A stretch of 64,000 bases of DNA from Bryobacterales bacterium (GTDB taxonomy: Bacteria > Acidobacteriota > Terriglobia > Bryobacterales > Bryobacteraceae): NCBI GenBank assembly GCA_963744775.1, contig CAVUVG010000009.1, positions 612 through 64,611 of the forward strand, in the 5' to 3' direction. The position numbers and the translations under genes are program-made. Shown one piece after another: positions 52,788 to 62,201 of the stretch (its first letter is position 1; every line of letters begins with the position of its first letter). The notes beneath the pieces are model-generated. The model was not told where the DNA came from, ran no database searches, and worked only from the letters and a program-made list of their open reading frames with translations.

Positions 52788-53423
52788 CTAGGGCTTGACG
52801 CCGCCGTAAGTGCGCCAGTAGTGCGATGTGGATTCCTCGAAGATCCGGCAAGCCTGCTCCGGATCCCTGGTGGCCAGCCCTTCCAGAATCCGGCCGTGCT
52901 GCCATACCGACGTGGCGTAGGTCTGAGGATTTCTCTGATTTCGCAGAATCGCGAACACGAAAAGAGCAAACGCCACACGGTCAAGGGCGGCTGTCAGATG
53001 CTCGTTGCCGCTGAGTCGCCAGAGTACCCTGTGAAATTCGATGTCGCGGCGGTGATACTCGGCCAGGTTGAGCGCATTGGCGGCGGCCGTCATGCGGTCC
53101 AGGCTTGCGCGCAGTTCCGCCAGCGCGGCATCTGTCATATTCTGGGCAGCCTTCCTCACAGCCACGACTTCCAGCGCCATCCGGACCTCGTAGAGTTTAA
53201 CGACGTCCTCGCGGCTCAAGTCTGTGATGTAGGTGCCCCGCTGCGGGATCTTGCGCACGAAGCCTTGGATTTCCAACTCCTTGAGAGCCTCGCGCAGCGT
53301 AGGCTGGCCGACCCCAAAGGCCGCCGCAAGCTTCTGCTCGATCAGTCTCTCGCCTCGCGTGAGTGAACCCGTGAGTATGGCGGTGCGCAGTTGCTCGGCG
53401 ACTTTTTCGGCACGAGACTGCAT
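52788..53423 (-). CDS. GntR-family transcriptional regulator (FadR/FCD subfamily)
   Basis: AEKVAEQLRTAILTGSLTRGERLIEQKLAAAFGVGQPTLREALKELEIQGFVRK is the winged helix, followed by a helical C-terminal domain. ATG 53423 is preferred over GTG 53504. Confidence 0.85.
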   Translation of the reverse strand: MQSRAEKVAEQLRTAILTGSLTRGERLIEQKLAAAFGVGQPTLREALKELEIQGFVRKIPQRGTYITDLSREDVVKLYEVRMALEVVAVRKAAQNMTDAALAELRASLDRMTAAANALNLAEYHRRDIEFHRVLWRLSGNEHLTAALDRVAFALFVFAILRNQRNPQTYATSVWQHGRILEGLATRDPEQACRIFEESTSHYWRTYGGVKP

Positions 53424-53548
53424 TGGTAGAGGAGCGAGATCCGCGATGCTCACCTGGCTGGCGCCGTTTGCCACAGTTGACCTTGATAGAGTATAGCAGT
53501 TCACGGGCCAATGTTTTCAGTTCGTTGCGGCTCAGCAGGAAATTCTTG

Positions 53549-53577
53549 TGGACAGTCTATAGCCAATAGTCTATAAT
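53549..53577 (+). promoter_or_regulatory. Sigma70-like promoter: TGGACA, 17 bp spacer, TATAAT
   Basis: TGGACA at 53549-53554 and a perfect TATAAT at 53572-53577, read directly. The spacer and -10 carry two AGTCTATA direct repeats (53554-53561 and 53568-53575). Confidence 0.4.
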
Positions 53578-53583
53578 CTATCA

Positions 53584-53676
53584 GTAATTCCAGATAATCA
53601 TATCGGAATATCGAAGACTTGAGCCCTCTCCCCACTTGAACATAGCCCCCGTCCCTGTGACGGGGGCTTTTTTTTG
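53584..53676 (+). ncRNA. Candidate small RNA (about 90 nt) between an orphan promoter and an intrinsic terminator
   Basis: No ATG and no ORF longer than a few codons lies between the putative TSS and the terminator. The region is AT-rich relative to its surroundings. No plus-strand CDS is upstream or downstream. Confidence 0.3.
53644..53676 (+). terminator. Rho-independent terminator, plus-strand oriented
   Basis: AGCCCCCGTC-CCTGT-GACGGGGGCT has a perfect 10-bp stem followed by a run of T residues. On the minus strand the hairpin is not followed by a U-tract. Confidence 0.7.
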
Positions 53677-53691
53677 TAACGGAGGAGGACG

Positions 53692-56244
53692 CTACGGAAG
53701 TGTTATGACCGCGATCGGATGCGATTGCGAAACGCGGGTTCCGGCTATGACCGACAGTGGGACGCCAGGGCCGGCGGCTACCGCGGGCGAGATTCTGAAC
53801 CTCACGCCGTAAGTGTCGGTCTCTATCTCTGCTTCCGCCACTTCGAGTGCCGCATGCAGGACGCCTCCCAGGTTGATTGTGATCCGCCCGGGATTACTCA
53901 CCGCTGACGGGTCAGCGAGCCCGGAGACAGTCACCCACAAATCCTCTCCGGGAGCAGCCGGGCGGACAGAGTCGACGGCGATGTGGCCAAATGCAAAGAC
54001 TTCGTGAATGACAGGCGGAGGGAGTTCGATGGCGACAACCACTGGCTGGCTCGAAATTCCGGCGACTTTCAGCCGCAGGACAGCCGGGCCGAGGCCCAGC
54101 GCCGCCGGCACTTCAAACGTGATCCGCCCCGGCTCAACCGCCAGGATCTTGGCCTGGAGATCATTGAGCGTGATCTCGGCGGCCGGCGACTCTATTGGAG
54201 AAACCAGGTGGGCCACTGCGAGCGTCGCTTGCCCGCCGGCATAGACGCTGGCCTGGCCGGTGAGCGGATTGACAAGCACCGGATCCGCGACCGGAACATC
54301 GAGACGCGGAGCTTGAACCTGCAGCGCCTGCGGCTGCGTGGAGATCTGGAAACCGGAAACGACAGTCAATGCAGCCGAGGCCTGTGATGCGCCCTCGTTG
54401 ATGTGGACGTTGGCCAGCAACCTGTCCGGTCCCATCACCCAAACCCTGCGCACCGCCACGTCGCTCGTTCCGAAGCCCACGACTGCCTGACCCTCGGCGA
54501 AGTTGGTGTTCGCGCCGCGGATCTCGATCATCGCTTCAGAGCCGGCCGGAAGCGCGGAAGGCGACACGGTCACCGATGGCTGTGCAGCGGGCCCGTAAGT
54601 GTATTGGGGCGGGGAAGCGCTGTCCAGGAACATGGACCCCTGCCCGTCATCGTCCAGAGCGGTAACCACGGCCCGGAGATCCGGTGTTCCGGGTGGTGGA
54701 ACCACCGTCAACGCACCAGAGTCCTCATTCTGCGCGACGATGGGGGCCGGCCAGCCGTCGAAGAGAACACGCGTGAACGCCGTGAGGTTCGAACCGATCA
54801 GGATGGCGGTGGGTCTTCCGTCCTTCGGTTCTCCCGGCGTCACCGAGGCGATGGATGGCGGCTGGCTTCGCACCAGGTGCAGCCCAGCCGGCAACACAAA
54901 AATGCTCCCGTCGCGGGAAAAAACAAGGTGACGCGGGCCCTGACCACCAAAGGGGCTAAAGCTGAAGTCCAACTGGAGGAATGAAGGCGCTGTCTTGTAC
55001 GCCTTGACTCCATCTTCCATCACCGTGGCCGAGCCGCCTACCACGCCGGCCCCGAGTCCGGGGGCGGGGGCATCGTCAACGATGAGTCCGGCGCCGGCGG
55101 CCACCAGGAAGTTCCGGCCTGCGTTGTTGACGTTCACGAAGGCGGGCTTCACGGCGTAAGCGCCTGGGAAGCTATAAGTGGTCACGCCATAGAGATCCAG
55201 TGATCCGCGCGGCTTGACGGCAAAATCGTAACCAGCCAGCCGCTGGCCGGGCTGCGCGCTGACCATGGCCGCCTGAAGAACGCTCTTCGTATCGCGGTAG
55301 AACACGGTCTCGAACAACGGACCCGCGGGCACCGGTTTGCCGTCAGAGCCTACCGGGAGCACGATCTCCGCCGGGCCTAAGTCAGTTTGCTTGCCGGGCG
55401 GCAGCGGATGGACGTAGAGGTAATATTCGCCCGGGGACAAACCGGCGATCCGGTAGAAGCCATCAGGATCGGTAAGGGCGCTCACCGCGGTTCCTGCCGG
55501 ATCTAACGCCACGACAGACGCCATGTGCACCGCTTGGCCGTCCATCGTGACACGGCCTGAGATGCTGGCTGTCCCCGACAAAAAGCCGGGAGCCGGATAG
55601 AGCGTGGAGATGCCGGCCACATCGTCGGCCGCCAGGGGTCTCGAGCGCGTCGTGGAACGCGTCACCTCCGTGGACATCACGCTGGAGGTGAGCGTGTGCT
55701 GCAATCCAAGCGCGTGGCCGAATTCATGCACCAAAGTCAGGAAGACAGCCTCGCTATAGCTGGGGCGCTGGGAGAGGTCCTTCGGAAGCTTCAGAACGGA
55801 ACGTGTAATGGGAACGAATGACCCAGTCTCGCCTGTAACCAAGGGGGAACGTGAGGTGGGCCCCCCCAGCGCCACCAGACCTGCCGGCAACTCGTTCGGC
55901 TCAACAAAGATGACATCGATTCCGGGCGTTTTCTGCTCGGTCCCGGGAGCCGCGAAGCCGCCAAACTCAATTCTCAATCCGGAAGTCTGAACGTCGCTCC
56001 ACACGCGGGCCGCGGCGCGGATCTGGCTGAGCAGTGCGGGAAAACCAGCCCCAACCATCTGAGGGCCGTTTTCCGGAATGAAGAAGTAGAGCGTTCGATT
56101 CGGAAGCGCGTTCAGGTCGAATTTTTCGGGCACGGAAACGATCCGGCCCTCGGTGTTGGTGTAATGAACGAACTGGTAGTGAGCAAAAGCGACGTTGCCC
56201 AGAAGCAACACAACCGCCAGCGCAACCAAACCGGATCGCTTCAT
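53692..56244 (-). CDS. Secreted zinc metalloprotease (matrixin/M10-like HExxHxxGxxH) with carboxypeptidase-regulatory-like and repeated Ig-like (IPT/TIG-like) domains
   Basis: Signal MKRSGLVALAVVLLLGNVAFA at internal ATG 56244. LVHEFGHALGLQHT plus a downstream SVMS (Met-turn). GRVTMDG...GFYRIAGLSPGEY is CarboxypepD_reg-like. The long C-terminal region contains repeats. Confidence 0.7.
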   Translation of the reverse strand: MKRSGLVALAVVLLLGNVAFAHYQFVHYTNTEGRIVSVPEKFDLNALPNRTLYFFIPENGPQMVGAGFPALLSQIRAAARVWSDVQTSGLRIEFGGFAAPGTEQKTPGIDVIFVEPNELPAGLVALGGPTSRSPLVTGETGSFVPITRSVLKLPKDLSQRPSYSEAVFLTLVHEFGHALGLQHTLTSSVMSTEVTRSTTRSRPLAADDVAGISTLYPAPGFLSGTASISGRVTMDGQAVHMASVVALDPAGTAVSALTDPDGFYRIAGLSPGEYYLYVHPLPPGKQTDLGPAEIVLPVGSDGKPVPAGPLFETVFYRDTKSVLQAAMVSAQPGQRLAGYDFAVKPRGSLDLYGVTTYSFPGAYAVKPAFVNVNNAGRNFLVAAGAGLIVDDAPAPGLGAGVVGGSATVMEDGVKAYKTAPSFLQLDFSFSPFGGQGPRHLVFSRDGSIFVLPAGLHLVRSQPPSIASVTPGEPKDGRPTAILIGSNLTAFTRVLFDGWPAPIVAQNEDSGALTVVPPPGTPDLRAVVTALDDDGQGSMFLDSASPPQYTYGPAAQPSVTVSPSALPAGSEAMIEIRGANTNFAEGQAVVGFGTSDVAVRRVWVMGPDRLLANVHINEGASQASAALTVVSGFQISTQPQALQVQAPRLDVPVADPVLVNPLTGQASVYAGGQATLAVAHLVSPIESPAAEITLNDLQAKILAVEPGRITFEVPAALGLGPAVLRLKVAGISSQPVVVAIELPPPVIHEVFAFGHIAVDSVRPAAPGEDLWVTVSGLADPSAVSNPGRITINLGGVLHAALEVAEAEIETDTYGVRFRISPAVAAGPGVPLSVIAGTRVSQSHPIAVITLP

Positions 56245-56377
56245 TATTAAGACAGTCACTCTGCATTTCGCCTGCCATGTCATCCCCTTATGAATTAATA
56301 AGATAGGGAGACAATGAGCGGGTTCGTGTATAGGGGCGACGCAGGGCCGTGGCAGGGTGTCCCAGGGGCCGAGCCTC

Positions 56378-58243
56378 TCAGGCCGGCGGGTGGGGCCCAT
56401 GCACGATCATGATGGGGGCGTCGATCTGGTGGCGAACGCCATCGATGGTGGTGCCGAACACCAGGTCCTGCAGTCCCTTGTGACCGTGTGCTCCCATCAC
56501 CACCAGATCGGGGTGGAGTTCCCGCGCGAATTGCACGATCTCCTGTTTCGGACGGCTCGAATAGCGGATCACGGCCTCGACATCCACGGCTTGTTCCCGG
56601 AGCGTTTGGGCTATGTTCTCCAGGTACTCTAACCCGGCCTCAACCTCGGCCGTGGAGGATAAGGGCCCGTAGACCTGGCTGGTCACGTCTTCTTCCACGT
56701 GCAGCAGGTACAGTTTGGCGGAGTGCATACGGGCCAGCGCGGCGCCTTGCGCCACGGCCTGACGGTCGATTTCGGTGTGATCCAGGGGCACCAGAATCCG
56801 CCGGTAGGAGGGCGCGACAATTTCGGTCCCGATCTGCGTCGGAACTTCCACCGGAGCCCTCTTCACACGGCGCATCCAGTGCGCCAACAACGGCTCGAAG
56901 GTGACATATAGCAGCAGGGCCAACAGCAGCAACGCAAGAGGGACCACCACGGCGGCCAGCAGCCAGCGATACTCGCCGGCCGCCGCCAGCCACTCCCGAA
57001 TCGTGTCCACGACCAGGTGCAGGTTGAGGCTGACGATGATGCCCGCCGCCGTCCAGGCCAGGATGCGAACCCACATCTTGTTGGCGAAGGAGCCCATTTT
57101 CCCGCGGTCGCTGGTGAAGTGAATCAACGGAATCACCGCGAACGGCAACTGCATGCTCAGGATAACCTGGCTGAGGATCAGCAGCTTGTAGGTCGCCCGC
57201 GTCGCCCGCGATGTAGATGGTGATGGCCGCGGGCACGATGGCCGCCATGCGTGTGATCAGCCGCCGCAGCCAGGGCCGCATGCGGAAGCTCAGGAAACCT
57301 TCCATGACGATCTGGCCGGCCATGGTGCCGGTCATGGTCGAGGACTGGCCCGAGCAGAGCAGGGCAACCGCGAACAACACGCCGGCCATGGTGGTCCCCA
57401 GCAGCGGCGCGAGCAGCAGGTGAGCCTGCTGGATCTCGGTGACCACGATGCCGCGCTTGAAGAACGTCGACGCGGCCAGGATCAGGATGGCGGCGTTGAT
57501 CAGCAGCGCGCCGTTCAGCGCGATTACGGAATCCACGAGGTTGAAGCGGCAAGCCGTCCGCTTGGCCGCCTCGCTGGCCTCGATGCGGCGCGTCTGCACC
57601 AGCGCGGAGTGCAGGTAGAGGTTGTGCGGCATCACGGTGGCGCCCAGGATGCCGATGGCGACATACAGGCTCTGATCCGTGAGCCGCGGCACCAGCCCGC
57701 CGAACACTTCGACCATGTCCGGCTTGGCCAGCAGGATCTCGACCAGGAAGCAGCCGCCGATGACGGTGATCATGCGAGAGCACGAAGCCCTCCAGCGCCC
57801 GGATGCCGAATCCGGCTGAGCCAAAGCACCAGCAGCGTATCCGCCGCCGTCAGCAGCACACCCGTGAGCAGCGGGATGTGAAAGAGAAGGTTCAGCCCGA
57901 TCGCCGCGCCCAGAACCTCCGCCAGATCGCAGGCCGCGATCGCGATCTCGCAGAGGAACCACAGCACGTAGTTCATGCGGCGTCGGGTAGGTCTCGCGGC
58001 AGGCCTGCGCCAGGTCCAGCCCCGCACGATGCCCAGCCGCGCGCTGAGCGTCTGGAGCAGGATGGCCATGAGGTTGGACATGACCAGCACCCAGAGCAAC
58101 TGGTAGCCGAAGCGCGCGCCGCCTTCCAGGTCCGTGGCCCAGTTGCCGGGGTCCATGTAGCCCACGCTGACCAGGTAGGCGGGGCCGGCGAAGGCGAACA
58201 TGCGCCGCCACAAGCGACGGCTGCGCGGTTTGCACCGAGGCAT
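56378..58243 (-). pseudogene. mntH: Nramp-family divalent metal transporter fused to a C-terminal universal stress protein domain; at least 4 frame changes above about 57150
   Basis: GYMDPGNWATDLEGGARFGY (DPGN motif), MPHNLYLHSALV and GQSSTMTGTMAGQIVMEGF. The tail [10 protein letters not shown]...LYLLHV...[19 protein letters not shown] (USP) lies in intact ORF 56378..57154. Confidence 0.8.
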
Positions 58244-58347
58244 GTACTTCGGGCAGGGAAGTGGGACGCCGGCGCCGCGCATCAGGCCCTGGCCTGCCTC
58301 CGTCTTCCGGCGTACGGATCGAGAGGAAAGCCGCGCCCCGATGCCAC

Positions 58348-60535
58348 TCAGGTCAGCAGCAGCCCGGCCATCACCGAGACCGGCACTGTAGCGCATCTCG
58401 ATGCGGTGCTTGCCCTCGTCGACAACCACGCCGCGAAGGCCGCGTAGGCTTCGTAGATCGGGCGCGCGCTTGCCGTCCACCCTGCCACCCAGCCCGGGAA
58501 ATAGCTGTCGCCCAAGATCGACCATGCCGCGGCAGCCCATCTCCGCCTCGAATGGTAACACGCCCGCTGTTGCTGCCGGGTGAGCTAACTGCGTCCGGCC
58601 GAGCACGTTTCCAGCGGCGGCGGTGCCTCCAACATAAAGGTCTTGCGCCGCAGATCCAACGAGCCGCCGTCCGTGATGGCCTGTGACTCGCCTTCTTCGC
58701 TGATCCGCTGAGCCTCGTGAACCGTCCACACGCGCGGAAACGCGTCGCGTGTTCCAGTAGACCTTCAGTCCGCTGGCTCCCTGGAAAACCTCCTGCTGGT
58801 TCGGGGCCGGCGGGTCGCGCTTCACCGTGTAGTTGACGCCGAAGATCTGCTTGGCGCGGGGTGTGTGCCAGGGCAGGCGCAGCAGGTTCACGGGGAGGCT
58901 GGCCACGTAGCCCCCAAACTGGTGGATGCCGTACCAGTCGCCGAAGTTGTAGGGTATGTCCTTGTCGGACACCTCCATGCGCACCGGCCAGGGGAGGCCT
59001 GCAAGTAGTCCGCAATGTCGGAGTGCGCGCGCCATCTCTTCAAGTACGAGGTTGCGATCTCTTCTCCTCGCGGTTGCGGCCAGTAGATTCCGGCCAGAGT
59101 TGCCGAACTCGATGAGCATCAGGCCCGAGCGCCAGCGCCGCCGCGGTCACGGGCGTGAAGTTGCCCCGCCTCCAGCCGTGAAGCAGGCCGGCCAGCAGCA
59201 GGGCGACCAGCGCGACCACCACGAAACGGTCGTCCCCCGGCGGCTTCTGCGCCACGACCAGCGCCGAACAGAGATGGTGAAGACGATCACCGCCAAAGAC
59301 CAGCCAGCGCCAGTGCTGCGCGGCGCTGCCACGGGGAGTCTTCTCGTATCAAGAAAGTGTCTATTCCATAAGCGATTAGAACGGAAATTCCAAAGTGATA
59401 GATGAATACAGCGAAAGAGGGCGTGCGGGCCTTCTCCACCATCGGAACCACCGCGTAGAGCATCCCGTGAAACACGTTATTCCGGCCGAGCGAAAACAGC
59501 AGGCCCCCGGCGGCAATGGCGGCAAAGATCCGAACCGGGAGCTGCTTCCAGGCCAGAGCCACCGCCAGCAGAGCCAGGGTCAGCGCGGCCACGCCGATGA
59601 ACGGGTCGGCGTGCCGGTTGGCGCCGGGGACCACGATCGCCAGCAGGGAAGTCGGGATCAGCGAATACTGCGCTATGGACGGTATAGGGAACCGGCTCGT
59701 TCCAGCCGCTGGGCTCGTCGGCGCTGACCCAGCGCTTGGCCAGCTTGCCGTACTCGTAGGCGGGAAGGGTCTGCAGGCCGCTCACCAGCACCAGGAAGAC
59801 CAGGAAGACCGCCGCCAGTTTGGTGACTTGCAGACGGGCGCTGTCCTTCCGGAAGAAGATGATACAGCCAGACGCCGCCGGCGGCCAGCGTCAGGAAGAT
59901 GGGGATCTGGTGGTGTCCCCCCAGCCATGCCATGCCGAAGAATGCGCCCGAGGCGGCGGCGCTGGCCACCGGCCGCTCGCCGCGCAGGCTGCGCAACATG
60001 TAAAGGAATACCAGCGGCGCCCAAACGGCGCTGTTCAGCATCTGCGGCCAGTCGGTGACCCCCACCCAGCCGCCCAAGCGCGAAGGCGCAGCCGGCGGCG
60101 ACCGAGGCGGTCCGGGACCGTTTCAAATCGCGGCACAGCAGGTAGGCGAACAATGCGGCCATGAAGTGAATCAGCACGAAGTACCAGTGCAGGTAAGCCT
60201 GGTGCATCCAGCCATGGCGCAGAGGGCAGCAGGAACAGGATCCAGTTCAACGGGTAGGCGACGCCGGGCTGCGCCTGGCCGATCAGCGACTGGCCGCCCC
60301 ACTGGTAAGGGTCCCAGAGCGGGATGCGCCCCCGGTGCCATTCGCCGGCCTGGAATTGAAACCACGGCAGCACCTGATTGGCCAGGTCCGGGCCCTCCAG
60401 CCAGGTGTACTGATTGGTAAGGACGATCTTCCAGAAAAAGCCGGCACAGATCAGGAACAAGAGAACGGGTCCGGCCAGGCGTGACATGCGCGGCCGTGCC
60501 TTGGCGAAGGTGTGCTGCCACTCGCTCGCAGCCAT
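58348..60535 (-). pseudogene. Large polytopic membrane protein, YfhO/GT-C-like; at least 6 frame changes
   Basis: N-terminus ...FFWKIVLTNQYTWLEGPDLANQVLPWFQFQAGEWHRGRIPLWDPYQWGGQSLIGQAQPGVAYPLNWI. Hydrophobic pieces lie in ORFs 59782.., 59673.., 59477.., 59287.., 59040.. and 57770... Confidence 0.45.
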
Positions 60536-60574
60536 AGGAGTTCATCATACCGAGCGATAATGGTCCTCTGCCAC

Positions 60575-62053
60575 ATGAAGAGACTAGTCCTGCTGCTCCC
60601 GGCTGCATTCATCGCCATTTACTTCTTTCACCAGGCCGGCCTTGGACTTCGGGCCGGCTTCACGCAAGACGATCTCATGAACATGTACCGCAGCCTGGTG
60701 CGCCCCTACCCGGACTTGCTGCTGGACAACCTGATGTTCTGGCGCTTCTCGCCCACTTTTCGGCCATTCGGCGGGCTGGTCTACAAGTTTTCGCTCGACC
60801 TATTCGGCGTAGACTTGCGCGCGCTGAGCATCTTGCGGTACGCCGCGTTGTGCGTGAACGTCCTGCTGCTCTACGCGCTGGCACGGCGGCTGGCCGGGTC
60901 CAGGGAGGCCGGCGTGCTGGCTGCACTGCTGCATTCTTACCACCTGGCATTCTCCTCGCTGTACTACAATTCGGGCACGCTCTACGACGTCTTTTGTTTC
61001 ACATTCTTCTTTGCGGCATTCCTTTACTACGTTCGAATTCGCCAGTCCGGCCAGTACCCCGGTGCGTTTCAGGTGCTGGTGATCTGCCTGTTGCTCATTC
61101 TGGGACTGGACTCCAAAGAGATGGCCGTGGTGCTGCCCGTGCTGCTGGGCTTTTACGAACTCCTCTATCATCCTCCGAAATCATTCGCGCCCAAGGCGTT
61201 AGCGGTCTGGGCGGGCAGGGCATCCGTCACACCGCTGATCGGCGCCGGAATCGTCTTGGCTTTCTGTGCCGGCCGGCTGGCGCACAAGGAAGGCCTCGCC
61301 AATCTGGGCGGCTACCAGCCGGTTGTTTCTTTGGCCGAGTACTTAAAGCAGACCGGACACTATTTGGCCGAGGCCATTTACAAGCCCGATCCGGCGCTCC
61401 CACCCGAAATCACAGCCTTGTTCCTGCTGCTGCTCTTCGGGTTGGCGCTCATCATGCGGTCCAGAGTTCTGGCCATGTCAGCTTTGCTTTTTGTCGTTGG
61501 CATCCTTCCGCTGGCGTTCATCCCCTGGCGCAGCCTGTCGGCGGCCTACATTCCGGTGGCCGGATTGGCGATCTGTTGCGCCGTAGTGCTGGTTGCCCTT
61601 CGTGATGTCATCGAGCGGAGTGTCTTGCGGCTGCCGGAGCCGGATGATGGCATTTTATGGGGCGTTACCCCCGGCAGAATCGTGCTCTTCACTCTGTTGG
61701 CGACGTTGATGCTCAGGGTACATCCGGACTCCAGCAGCCACTACGATTCCTGGCGCCGGGAATACACCCAAATCGGGGGGCTGATGGAGCAGATGCATGA
61801 GCTGCACCCCACCTTGAAGAAGGGGGGCCGAATACTGATGGTCAAGGATCCTTTTCCGTACAAGGATTACCGCTGGGCAAGCCTCTTCGCCGCGGGGTTG
61901 GTTTACCATGACAAGTCTTTGGTCGTGGAGCGGGTGGAGCAATTTGAGCCTGCGCCTTATGCGGCCCAAGTCGCGGGATATGATTTGTTACTGACCTACG
62001 AGAACGGCAGGCTTCGCGACGCGCTCCCCACGGAAGTCCCGGTGCATCCATAG
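60575..62053 (+). CDS. Polytopic membrane protein, GT-C-fold glycosyltransferase-like (ArnT/PMT-like)
   Basis: Intact. The first loop has FTQDDLMNMY (acidic DD motif typical of GT-C enzymes), then about 10 hydrophobic helices and a soluble C-terminal ~120 aa. Confidence 0.45.
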   Translation: MKRLVLLLPAAFIAIYFFHQAGLGLRAGFTQDDLMNMYRSLVRPYPDLLLDNLMFWRFSPTFRPFGGLVYKFSLDLFGVDLRALSILRYAALCVNVLLLYALARRLAGSREAGVLAALLHSYHLAFSSLYYNSGTLYDVFCFTFFFAAFLYYVRIRQSGQYPGAFQVLVICLLLILGLDSKEMAVVLPVLLGFYELLYHPPKSFAPKALAVWAGRASVTPLIGAGIVLAFCAGRLAHKEGLANLGGYQPVVSLAEYLKQTGHYLAEAIYKPDPALPPEITALFLLLLFGLALIMRSRVLAMSALLFVVGILPLAFIPWRSLSAAYIPVAGLAICCAVVLVALRDVIERSVLRLPEPDDGILWGVTPGRIVLFTLLATLMLRVHPDSSSHYDSWRREYTQIGGLMEQMHELHPTLKKGGRILMVKDPFPYKDYRWASLFAAGLVYHDKSLVVERVEQFEPAPYAAQVAGYDLLLTYENGRLRDALPTEVPVHP

Positions 62054-62201
62054 GAGCGTCATCGTGGTCTAATCCGATCAGGGTGGTGGTTTTCGGCCAC
62101 TTCCATGGGTAGCAATCATACCGGCTATTGGCTGCAAAATCAAAGAGTTCCGATTTGGAAGCGAAGTTGCCATGCAAAGATTGGAGTTCAAGGAGGCTGC
62201 C

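Noticed and set aside
53681-53815. GGAGGAGG followed by a short plus-strand ORF starting at ATG 53705
   Set aside because: It lies downstream of the strong plus-strand terminator and entirely antisense to the 3' end of the metalloprotease gene. The spacing from the purine run to the ATG is too long for an RBS.
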